Shown here one piece after another: positions 39,035-47,913 of a stretch of DNA of 64,000 nt; the first letter of the stretch is position 1, and each line of letters starts with the position of its first letter. Both the position numbers and the translations under genes were made by a program. The notes under the pieces were generated by a model, which saw only the letters and a list, made by a program, of their open reading frames with translations, did not search any database and was not told the DNA's origin. The stretch is from Chloroflexota bacterium. Its GTDB lineage: Bacteria; Chloroflexota; UBA11872; VXOZ01. Location of the stretch: NCBI GenBank assembly GCA_963663275.1, contig OY760183.1:544001-608000 (forward strand), read 5' to 3'.

Positions 39035-39505
39035 CTAGCGCCCCACCGGCTGCGCCGCGGTCTCGGCGGACTCGACCGTCCTGCTCAGGCGCGCTTCCTC
39101 CCGCTTCTTCTGCGCCCAGCGCTTGGTGGTGATCAGGCGCTTGCGGCGGTACTCCACGTCGGTGTGGTACTTATTGCGCACGTAGCACTTGCGGCAGCGC
39201 AGCGCCCGCTGCACCACCGCGCCGCAATCGATGCAGAACTTCGGTTCCTTGGGCTTCTTCGGCTGCTTGCTCAAGCGGATGCGGCGCAGTTCCGCCACGC
39301 GCTCCTTGTTCTCACGCGCCCAGCGCCGGTTCTTCTCCAGAATCTTGTCCTTGTTGCGCTGGTAGTAGCGTTTGAAATACGTAGAGAGGCGCTCGGCTCG
39401 GCCGCAGCGGGCGCACAGGCCGGCGCGCTTGGATTTACCGTCACGCTGACCGGTTATGTCGGTCTCACAGCGTGCACAGTTAAGGACTTGAACTGTTGCC
39501 TCCAT
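39035..39505 (-). CDS. Basic protein with four CxxC motifs
   Basis: GGAGG RBS; CARC, CARC, CIDC, CRKC; strongly K/R-rich. Confidence 0.75.
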   Translation of the reverse strand: MEATVQVLNCARCETDITGQRDGKSKRAGLCARCGRAERLSTYFKRYYQRNKDKILEKNRRWARENKERVAELRRIRLSKQPKKPKEPKFCIDCGAVVQRALRCRKCYVRNKYHTDVEYRRKRLITTKRWAQKKREEARLSRTVESAETAAQPVGR

Positions 39506-40042
39506 CGGAACCTCCGCGAAAACTAAACGATAGTACCCGAAAATCGAACACGTGCCGCACACACGCCCGGCGCGCGTCCGCGCCGCCCGGCAATCCGGTT
39601 ACCGCCCAAAACCCCTCATCGCCTACTTTGTGTGCATTTTCACATGCATCTCCATAATATCTAAGAATAGCGGCTGCTGTCAAGATTCTGAAAAAACGAT
39701 TGATGCGCGCTATTACGGGGAAAAACGGCTCTCCCGCCAATCACGCTCCAGGAATTTTCCTAAGAGATTGATAAGAAAACGCCGGTGAGCGGCGCCGCCG
39801 AACCCTATCCAGATACGCTATACGGGAACCACGTTCCACCGCATGGCGCCAGCGCGGCATACTACAACATGCAAAAGTTGACAGCGCCGCAACTCTCAAC
39901 CACGCCGGGCGCGGGGCAGCCGAACGGCCTCTTTTACCGTAGCTTTACTTTGCTCTCTTGTCAATTTACCGCCGCGCTCTCCACCGCTTGCCCTGAATGT
40001 TACAATATTCACAAACTAGGCGATGGAAGGCTTGAAAACCCC

Positions 40043-40978
40043 GTGCCAATGATATCCACAGTCGAGTATCCCGCCTGGCCGGACCTGTCGCCCACGGGCT
40101 GGAGTTGGCCCGCCTTTGCCCTGGGCGCGTTCTGGTATCTGCGGCAGGGCATGGCGTTCAAGGGACGCCTGCTGCTCATACCGCAAGTCCTGGTGCTTGC
40201 GCTGGCGGCCGTGAACGCGCTCTACATTGCCCGCGATTCGTCTTTGGCGGACGCGGCGCTGCCGGCCGGCGTGGCCGCGCTGGCGCTCTGGTCGTTCTTC
40301 GGCTCCTATTGCGCCGCCTCGTTCCGCGCGGACGCCTACCGCCGTTGGTTCACGGCAAACGGCGGGACGCCGCTGGCGCCGACCGGGTGGCAGTGGGGGG
40401 CGTTTCTGCTCACCGGCGGTTGGTACGTGGCCAACGGAATGCGCATCAAGGGCCTGTGGCTCTGGCTGGCGTTCTTCACGGCGGTGGGCAGCGTGATCGG
40501 CATACCGCTGGCCTTCGCCATCATGTGCTACTGCGGCGCGAACTTCCGGGCGGAGCGCTTCTTGGAGAATCCACCGGCGCGCATCGGCCCCACGCCCCAA
40601 GAGCGCTGGATGCACAAGGACCTGCTGAAGGCGCTGACACCGGTGGCGCGCACGTCCCAGCCGCCGCTGCGCGCCTCGCTGCTGGAAAGCGCGGTGCGCG
40701 GACTGCGCCGCCAGGGCTATGCCGCGCGCCTGAGCGACGAGCACGACGAGACCCCCGCTGCCCTCACGCTTGAACGCGGCTCACGCTTCCTGGCCGTGCG
40801 CGTGGCGTCTGAGTCCCCGGCGCCCGCGGCGGAGGTGGAGAAACTGGTTGCGATCCTGGGCGACGACGCGCACAAGGTCGGCGTGCTGGTGACGAACGGC
40901 CCGCTCACCGCGCAGGCCCACGCCGCGGCCGCCCAGGCCCACGTCCGCGTGCTGAACGCGCAGGACGACGAAACCTAG
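40043..40978 (+). CDS. Membrane protein (two W-x-W-x-AF repeats, DUF2628-like) fused to an inactive Mrr-like domain
   Basis: GWSWPAF..WYLRQGM and GWQWGAF..WYVANGM; C-terminal LRRQGY..VLVTNGPLTAQA; start uncertain. Confidence 0.65.
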   Translation: MPMISTVEYPAWPDLSPTGWSWPAFALGAFWYLRQGMAFKGRLLLIPQVLVLALAAVNALYIARDSSLADAALPAGVAALALWSFFGSYCAASFRADAYRRWFTANGGTPLAPTGWQWGAFLLTGGWYVANGMRIKGLWLWLAFFTAVGSVIGIPLAFAIMCYCGANFRAERFLENPPARIGPTPQERWMHKDLLKALTPVARTSQPPLRASLLESAVRGLRRQGYAARLSDEHDETPAALTLERGSRFLAVRVASESPAPAAEVEKLVAILGDDAHKVGVLVTNGPLTAQAHAAAAQAHVRVLNAQDDET

Positions 40979-41036
40979 CCATGCGCACCGCCCGGCAAGA
41001 GAGGCTTTCGCTAACGCCATCAGACACTAGCTAGTC

Positions 41037-41109
41037 CTATCGGGCTATAGCGCACCCTATCGGGCTATATTGGACTCTATCGGGCTATATGGCACTCTAT
41101 CGGGCTATA
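41037..41109 (+). repeat. Four direct repeats with exact 20-bp period
   Basis: CTATCGGGCTATA at 41037, 41057, 41077 and 41097. Confidence 0.9.
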
Positions 41110-41139
41110 CTTGACCATAGTGGGAAGCGCGCTCCTCCC

Positions 41140-41470
41140 CGGTAGCACGCTCATTCCGGTAGCAGGCTTGCAACCTGCGTCGGCGCCGGGGCGCGCTCAC
41201 TCCGGTAGCGCAGGTTTGTAACCTGCGTCCGCCCCGGCGTGCGCTCACTCTGGTAGCGCAGGTTTGTAACCTGCGTCGCCGCCGGGGCGCGTTCCCTCCG
41301 GAGGCCTTTGCATTACCCCTTCCCCATTGAGGGGGAAGGTTGGGATAGGGGTGAACAGTATTGACGTTATGCTTTATTTGGTTGTAACAGCGCCCTGGAT
41401 TCCGGCTTCCGCCGGAATGACGGAGGTAAGCAAAGGTCTCCTCCGGTAGCGCAGGTTTGTAACCTGCGTC
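41140..41470. repeat. GTAGCGCAGG REP array interrupted by a MITE family B copy (41301-41440)
   Basis: Four GTAGC(GC)AGG..AACCTGCG units; MITE flanked by exact CTCCG direct repeats. Confidence 0.85.
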
Positions 41471-41506
41471 CAACTTGGCGCAGACGGAGCGGAAAGGACG
41501 ATTATC

Positions 41507-42340
41507 GTGAAGGCACGGCAGCTTGGTTTACTGGGGCTTCTTCTCGTCGTGGCCGTCGCGCTCGCGCGCCGGCTGCGGCGCTGGGCCGGCGACCCGCCCG
41601 CGCGGCGCGCCGCGCACAAAGAGGCAATCGAGCCGCCCGAACTGGTAGCACGCTACAGCCGCTTCATGGCGCTGCTCCCCATGCGCGTCATGCGGGGCTA
41701 CCTGGCGCGCTATGCCACCGCGCCCGCGGCCGGCTCAAGCGCCGCCGCCCCCTGGCGCATCCTGGACGTGGGCTGCGGGCCGGGCTGGTTTCCGCTGGAA
41801 CTCGCGGACCGCGCGCCGGCCGCGGCGGTCGTCGGCGTTGATCTCTCCCATCCGATGACCGTAACCGCGGTTGCCCACGCCCAAGCCGCGCAGAGCGAAC
41901 CGCGCGTGGGTTTCGCCCAAGCGCGCGGCGAAGTCCTGCCGTTCGCCGACGCCACGTTCGACCTGGTAGTAAGCACGTTGGCGCTCCATCATTTGCAGGA
42001 CCCGGTGGCCGCCCTGGAAGAGTTGCGGCGCGTTGCCCATCCGGCCGGCAGGATCATCGTCTTCGACACGCGCCGCGACATTCACCCCTGGCTGTGGACC
42101 ATGTTCAAGGCGAGCCAGGTGTTCATCGACGGCCTGGCGCTCTGCGAGAATGGCGAGCCGTCGGCGTCCCTTGCCGCCTCGTACACCGCGCGGGAAGCGC
42201 ACCGGCTGGGCCTGCAAGCCGGCTGGGAACGGGCGCGGGTACGCAATGGCCTGGGGTGGATCGTGCTCGAGCGTCCGGCCGCGCGGGCGGCGCCGTTCTC
42301 AGCGCCGCGTCCACAGCGCCGGGGGAGCGCCGCGCCGTAA
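41507..42340 (+). CDS. Class I SAM-dependent methyltransferase with N-terminal TM segment
   Basis: ILDVGCGPG, LPFADATFDLVVS, LHH. Confidence 0.88.
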   Translation: MKARQLGLLGLLLVVAVALARRLRRWAGDPPARRAAHKEAIEPPELVARYSRFMALLPMRVMRGYLARYATAPAAGSSAAAPWRILDVGCGPGWFPLELADRAPAAAVVGVDLSHPMTVTAVAHAQAAQSEPRVGFAQARGEVLPFADATFDLVVSTLALHHLQDPVAALEELRRVAHPAGRIIVFDTRRDIHPWLWTMFKASQVFIDGLALCENGEPSASLAASYTAREAHRLGLQAGWERARVRNGLGWIVLERPAARAAPFSAPRPQRRGSAAP

Positions 42341-42363
42341 GGATTTCAAGTCCGGCCCCGATG

Positions 42364-42671
42364 GAGAGCTTTGCATAGCCCCTTCCCCATTGAGGGCTGA
42401 CAGGGGTAGGCATTCTACATCCGACTTCACGTGTCATTCCGAGCGGAGCGCAGCGGAGAGTCGCTAAGAGCGCGGAATCTAAGGCTTTCGCTGCAAAAAC
42501 GTCGGTCCTAGATTCCTCGCTCCGCTCGGAATGACAGGTGCCTACCCCTGTCAGCCATTGAGGGGGAAGGTTGGGATGGGGGTGAAAAGGCTTGAACTTA
42601 AGCTATCTTTAGTTGTAAGTGCGGTCTGGAGTCCGGCTTTCTCCGGAATGACGGAGTCATGCAAAGACCTC
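42364..42671. mobile_element. MITE family B with nested MITE family A copy 4 (42397-42554)
   Basis: Outer ends GAGAGCTTTGCATA/TGCAAAGACCTC, flanks CGATG/CAATG; inner element has exact 10-bp repeat CCATTGAGGG. Confidence 0.85.
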
Positions 42672-42879
42672 CAATGGCGGTTTTGGCGAAGACGCGGCAC
42701 GCCGTCCGTGGGGTGACAAGAGGGCAACCACAAGGGTTGCCCCTACCGATGGGTTGAAAGAATCATGGCGCGGCAACCGCCGGTGAGTCCAAGACGCGGT
42801 TTGCCGTCCGCCGAGTGGCAATAGGGCAACCACAAGGGTTGCCCCTACCGATGTCTTGAATTATCGCTAAGGAACACGC

Positions 42880-44211
42880 ATGAATGCCGACATGAACGAC
42901 GCCGCGCAACCGTCCGGCTTGCCGCCGCTCGAACGGGCACGGGGCTTGCGCGTGCGGCCCGAAACCCTGGCGCGCATCCGGGCGGGCCACCAGGCCATAC
43001 TCGACGAACTCAAACCCACCGCGGCGCAAGTCGAACGCGGTTTGGAATTGCACTACAGCAGTTTCGTCGCCGACGTCCAAGGCTCCGTGCAGATGAGTTC
43101 GACCCACGGCATCGTCGGCGACCGGCTGCGGCAAGGCCTGGAACCGCATCGCGCAGAACTGGCCAAGCAAAACCTGTACCCCGATGAGCGCCAGCGCCGC
43201 CTGGACGCAATCCACTTCCGACGCAAGACGTTCGAATCGGCCTTCGACGAGCAGTGGATCGAGGAGTCGCGCGCGCTCTACCGGATCGCCGGGGTACACC
43301 TGGGCGTCTCGGACGTGGCCGGTCCCGAGCAGAACACCTTTGCCGCGGCCCTGGACCGCTTAGCGCGCATCAACTTCGTCTACGATCGCCGCGGCGACCT
43401 CGCGCGCGCCGTCAAGCCTGCGGACATCGAGCAAGCGCGCCGCGACGGCAAGCCCAGCGTGCTGTTTCACCTGGCCGGCGTCGGCTGCTTTGCCGAAACG
43501 TATGATCCCCTGAAGAACCTCGACCTCTTCTACGCCCTCGGCGTGCGCATGTCCCAACTCACCTACATCCAAGATAACGGCCTTTGCAGTTCGTACTTGC
43601 AGGAGCGCGATACCGGCCTGACGCCGCTAGGCAAGCAGGTGGTGCGGCGCATGAACGAACTGGGCATCATGGTGGACCTGGCCCACAGCGGCGACCGATC
43701 GTCGTTCGACATCATAGAAGCCTCGAATGCGCCGGTGATGCTCAGCCACACGGGCTGCCGTTCCGTCTACGATGATTCCACGAACCGGGGCTATCTGGAT
43801 AAGGTGTTCGCCCAACCCTACGCCCGCGGCGCGACGCCGCCGACGAGACCGGTCAGCCGCAACGCCAGCGACGACCTCATCCGAGCGGTGGCCGCGCAGG
43901 GCGGGCTGACGGCAATCTACGCCATCGACTACATGCTGGGCACAGGCCCGGAATCCTTCCATACCTGGCACCGCCACCTGGAGCGCGCCATCGGGCTTGC
44001 CGGCGGCGACCGCGTTGCCGTCGGCACCGATCGCACCTTCTTCCCCGGCTGGCGCCCCGGCCCGCTGGACTGGACGAACTGGCCCTACTGGACCGTGGGC
44101 CTCGTCTGCAAGGGACACGCGGACGACGAAATCCGGCAGATCATCGGCGGCAACTTCCTGCGCTACGCCCGCCAGGCGCTCGACGCGCGCCCTTGGGGGG
44201 CGTTCATGTAA
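42880..44211 (+). CDS. Membrane dipeptidase (M19) family amidohydrolase
   Basis: GLTPLGKQVVRRMNELGIMVDLAH, SHTG, GTD, GGNFLR. Confidence 0.85.
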   Translation: MNADMNDAAQPSGLPPLERARGLRVRPETLARIRAGHQAILDELKPTAAQVERGLELHYSSFVADVQGSVQMSSTHGIVGDRLRQGLEPHRAELAKQNLYPDERQRRLDAIHFRRKTFESAFDEQWIEESRALYRIAGVHLGVSDVAGPEQNTFAAALDRLARINFVYDRRGDLARAVKPADIEQARRDGKPSVLFHLAGVGCFAETYDPLKNLDLFYALGVRMSQLTYIQDNGLCSSYLQERDTGLTPLGKQVVRRMNELGIMVDLAHSGDRSSFDIIEASNAPVMLSHTGCRSVYDDSTNRGYLDKVFAQPYARGATPPTRPVSRNASDDLIRAVAAQGGLTAIYAIDYMLGTGPESFHTWHRHLERAIGLAGGDRVAVGTDRTFFPGWRPGPLDWTNWPYWTVGLVCKGHADDEIRQIIGGNFLRYARQALDARPWGAFM

Positions 44212-44302
44212 TCCTCTGTTAGAATTTAACTGCAGATGCGTGAGATAATGGACTTACCGTTGACATTGATGCGAAGCCAATTGCCAACCGATAGGAAGAG
44301 GC

Positions 44303-44824
44303 ATGGCAGACGTAGTATTCCGGGCAAAGACGCGCGGCGGAGCGAGTATCCAGAGGGCCGCAGTGCTGACAGCCTATCCTGATGGAAGATACCTCACCGG
44401 GCAGACAGACACGAACGGCAAGTGCCGGTTGGATTTGTACCGCGTCGATCTGGAAATGAAGGTACTGATAGCCGCGGAAGGCCACCTGCCCTTCCATAGA
44501 TCCCTTGTTCTGGGGAATGCGGAAGCCGTCACTTTGGAGTTAGAGCCGTCCAAGGATGATAGAAAGGCGCTGCTCTTTACCCGCGGCACAGGCTACATCC
44601 CAGGCATCGAGGGACGCCTCGCCCCACACAAAGACGGCTATGTCTACGGCGACAATATCGCCATAAACGGGAAACTCGCAACGCCTGCCGCGCACTTCGA
44701 GATAGGGCAATGCCTCCAACTGCTAGACGTATTTGGCGTCGAGACAACCGTCCGCTTCTTAGTAGTCGAGGAACAGTTTTCACTCATTGAATACACTGAG
44801 CCCAAGGCATACGCAGGGGAGTGA
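44303..44824 (+). CDS. Hypothetical beta-rich protein
   Basis: 173-aa ORF with RBS; lower GC than neighbours. Confidence 0.65.
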   Translation: MADVVFRAKTRGGASIQRAAVLTAYPDGRYLTGQTDTNGKCRLDLYRVDLEMKVLIAAEGHLPFHRSLVLGNAEAVTLELEPSKDDRKALLFTRGTGYIPGIEGRLAPHKDGYVYGDNIAINGKLATPAAHFEIGQCLQLLDVFGVETTVRFLVVEEQFSLIEYTEPKAYAGE

Positions 44825-45195
44825 GCATGGCCACGGCTGAGCAGCATCGAGAGATCAGCATGCAATTCCTGGACCAGGCGGAGGACGAATTGCACCAGGG
44901 CGACCTCCTGCAGGCCTCAGAGAAAGCATGGGGGGCGGTTTCACACTTTGTGAATTCCATTGCCCGCCAGCGGCATTGGCCGCTGGGGTCGCACAGGCAA
45001 CTGATCGACAATGCCAACCGGCTGATCAACCTGGACCCGGCAAACGCCAGCCGGAGGCGGCGCTTGCTACTCTCAACCGAGGCCCTTCATGCCAACTTCT
45101 ATCACGCGCATCTGGACGGAGTCTTGGTTGGGGAGGGTATTGAGGAGGCCAAGGAACTCATCAGGGCCTTGGACGACCTAAACGCAGACACATAG
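44821..45195 (+). CDS. PaREP1/HEPN-like protein
   Basis: GDLLQASEKAWGA..SH..LHANFY. Confidence 0.75.
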   Translation: MSMATAEQHREISMQFLDQAEDELHQGDLLQASEKAWGAVSHFVNSIARQRHWPLGSHRQLIDNANRLINLDPANASRRRRLLLSTEALHANFYHAHLDGVLVGEGIEEAKELIRALDDLNADT

Positions 45196-45228
45196 AAGAC
45201 TGGCTGGAAGTCCGCTTGGGTCGCCCGC

Positions 45229-46368
45229 CTAGTAGATGCCGGGGAAGATGCGGTACTTCACCCGCGCTTGGTACTCCGCCCACTTTTCCGCGCCGTACTT
45301 CTCAATGCACGCCTTTTCGTCGTCACGTTGGTGCGTGATGACGTACGTAGTCATGTACACGAAGTAGGTCCACGCCCAGGGATTCGCGAAGTGGCCGAAG
45401 AGTAGGGCAACGGCCAAGGCGATGAGCATCTCGCCCATGTAGTTGAAGTGCCGCGCGGGGCCCCAGAAACCGTTGCACAGAATCTTGCGGTCGCCGGCCG
45501 CGATGTACTCAGGTTCCAAAAACCCCAGGAATTTGCGGTTCGGCCAGCGCTTGAAGGTGTACTTCTGCATATTCCCGCCGCGTGAGATGCTCCAGCCGAG
45601 CCAGAGCAGCGCAGCCGTGCCGCCGAGCAAGACGTACGTCCACGGCGGCGAGATTTCCGGGCGCGGGTACGCGGCCATGCCCCAGATCGGCATAACGTAC
45701 AGCCATCCCCAGATTACCGGAGCGCCCCAGAACAGCTTGAAGCCCAGATTCTCGTGCATCAGGTCGTACGTATAGAGCTGGACGCGCTCGAAGATGAAGT
45801 AGTCCGCAATGTAGAACGTCATGAACGCCGCAAAGAGGAAAACGCCCGGGTTGGAGTCCGCGCCAAAGCGTTCGTAGTGATACGCGGCGGCGGAGAGCGC
45901 GTTGAGCGCCAACATTGTCCCGCCAACGGCGTAGAGGTACATCTTCACGTCGATGCGGTTGTTGAAGAAGGACAACTCCCGCGCCCGCCCGTGCCAAAAG
46001 GCCGCAATGGGATTCTTCACTTCGCCTTGGGGTTGGCTGAATACCCCGATGATTGCCAGGACAGCGGCAACCACCGTGCCGCCGGCCACCGCATAGAGCG
46101 CCGAGCGGTAGAACCAGTCGCGCGGCATGCCGGTCAACTCCAGCGCCCACACGACCAGCGCGATGATAAACACAAGAAGGCCGTTGAGCTTGTAACTGCG
46201 GGGTTCGCCGGTCGCCGGATCGGTGACGTAACCGGGCACCCGCCTGCCCGGCAGGATGAGTTGCGCCAGAAAGAAAACGATGAGGAGCGCCAAGGGGGTA
46301 AGAAAACCCAGCAGCGCTTCCGTTCCGGTTAGTTCGAAGAGGTGCTCGATTCCAAGCCGTTCAAGCAT
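45229..46368 (-). CDS. ERG4/ERG24-family sterol reductase-like membrane protein (paralogue 2)
   Basis: YKLNG, TYDLMHENLGF, ARHFNYMGE, C.EKYG..W.EY..RVKYRIFPGIY. Confidence 0.9.
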   Translation of the reverse strand: MLERLGIEHLFELTGTEALLGFLTPLALLIVFFLAQLILPGRRVPGYVTDPATGEPRSYKLNGLLVFIIALVVWALELTGMPRDWFYRSALYAVAGGTVVAAVLAIIGVFSQPQGEVKNPIAAFWHGRARELSFFNNRIDVKMYLYAVGGTMLALNALSAAAYHYERFGADSNPGVFLFAAFMTFYIADYFIFERVQLYTYDLMHENLGFKLFWGAPVIWGWLYVMPIWGMAAYPRPEISPPWTYVLLGGTAALLWLGWSISRGGNMQKYTFKRWPNRKFLGFLEPEYIAAGDRKILCNGFWGPARHFNYMGEMLIALAVALLFGHFANPWAWTYFVYMTTYVITHQRDDEKACIEKYGAEKWAEYQARVKYRIFPGIY

Positions 46369-46421
46369 GTCCGCATGTCGCTTTCTGTTGGGCAATAGTC
46401 ATTGCTGTGAGAGCACAACGC

Positions 46422-47561
46422 CTAGTAGATACCGGGGATGATGCGGTACTTCACCTTTGCTTGGTATTCCGCCCACTTTTCGGCGCCGTACTTCGCTTCG
46501 CACGCTTCTTCGTCTTCTCGCTGCCGCAGGGTGAAGATCGTCACGATGAAGACGAAGTACGTCCACGCCCAGGGATTGGTGAAGTAGCCGAACGCCAGGC
46601 CGTATGAAAAGGAGAGGAGCCCTTCGCCCAAGTAGTTGAAGTGGCGGGCGGGGCGCCAGAACCCGCTGGTCAGGATCTTACGATCGCCGGCCTCGATGTG
46701 CGTCGGTTCGATAATTCCCAGAAACTTGCGGTCGGGCCAGCGCTTGAAGCAGTACTTCTGCATGTTGGCGCCGCGCGTAATCGTCCACCCGAGGCAGAAG
46801 AACCCAACCGCCGCGATCAGCCAGACATACGTCCACGCCGTTGAAAAACCGGGATGCGGAAGCGCGGCTATGCCCCACAGCGGGATTATGTACAGCCACC
46901 CGTAGACCATCAGAGCGCCCCAGAAAATCTTGAAGCCCAGCTTCTCATGGATAATATCGTACGTGTAGAGTTGCACGCGCTCGAAGATGAAGTAGTCCAC
47001 GACGTAGAACGTCACGAACGCCGCAAAGAGAAAGACGCCCGGATTGAAGTCCTCGCCAAAGCGTTCGTAGTGGTACGCGGCGCCGGAGAGCGCATTCAGC
47101 GACAGCATCGTGCCGCCAACCACGTAGAAGTACATCTTAACGTCGATGCGGTCCTTGAAGAACGACATCTCCTGGGTCCGCCCCAGCCAAAAGGCCGCGA
47201 TGGGATTCTCTCCCTCGCCCCGCGGCTGGCTGAACACCGCAATGAGCGCGAGCATGGTGACAACTACCGTGCCGCCGGCCACCGCGTAGAGCGCCGAGCG
47301 GTAGAACCAGTCGCGCGGCATGCCGGTGAGCTCAAGCGCCCACACAACCAGCGCGATGATATACACCAGCAGACCGTTCAGCTTATACGTGCGCGGTTCG
47401 CCGGTCTCCGGATTGACGACGTAGCCGGGCGCCCACCTTCCCGGCACGATGAGTTGCACCAAAAAGAACGCAACGAAGAGCGCCAACGGGGTGAGAAAGC
47501 CCAGCAGCGCTTCGGCGCCGGTTAGCTCGAAGAGGTGCTCGATACCAAGCCATTCAATCAT
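46422..47561 (-). CDS. ERG4/ERG24-family sterol reductase-like membrane protein (paralogue 1)
   Basis: Same motifs: DIIHEKLGF, ANMQK, RHFNY, KYG..W..Y..VKYRIIPGIY. Confidence 0.9.
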   Translation of the reverse strand: MIEWLGIEHLFELTGAEALLGFLTPLALFVAFFLVQLIVPGRWAPGYVVNPETGEPRTYKLNGLLVYIIALVVWALELTGMPRDWFYRSALYAVAGGTVVVTMLALIAVFSQPRGEGENPIAAFWLGRTQEMSFFKDRIDVKMYFYVVGGTMLSLNALSGAAYHYERFGEDFNPGVFLFAAFVTFYVVDYFIFERVQLYTYDIIHEKLGFKIFWGALMVYGWLYIIPLWGIAALPHPGFSTAWTYVWLIAAVGFFCLGWTITRGANMQKYCFKRWPDRKFLGIIEPTHIEAGDRKILTSGFWRPARHFNYLGEGLLSFSYGLAFGYFTNPWAWTYFVFIVTIFTLRQREDEEACEAKYGAEKWAEYQAKVKYRIIPGIY

Positions 47562-47913
47562 GACCGCTTAACCCTTCCTGCAGTGACGTGGTGGTAATGG
47601 GTACAGCACAAGGGAAGTCAATATAATACTCTACCGCGTGGGACATGAGGGAGTCAACGCGCTTCCGGGGGCTACTGGCGGCAAATCCACAGGAACCTGC
47701 TCCAGGAGAAGGTCTCTCTTGGATTGTGGCGGCGGTAACCCTGCATCCTATAGTGGCGCTAGGCCACACTCCAGACAGTAAGAAAGGGCTCATACCGCTC
47801 GCACTGACGAGCGAGAGGTATTGTTGCAGCGCGAACTCGTCGCTACCGGAAAGGTCGGGGGGAGCCGCTGCCAACCCCGAGCATTGGGTGAGGCGCGGCT
47901 GTTGCCGTGACAG

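Noticed and set aside
38642-39505. Prophage or island integrated at the tRNAs
   Set aside because: No integrase and no duplicated tRNA 3' end seen in the window
39785-40042. N-terminal 86 codons of the 397-aa ORF call
   Set aside because: AT-rich, promoter-like sequence; protein-like sequence begins near 40043
41037-41116. Possible mini-CRISPR
   Set aside because: 13-bp repeats and 7-bp spacers are far too short, and no cas genes are present
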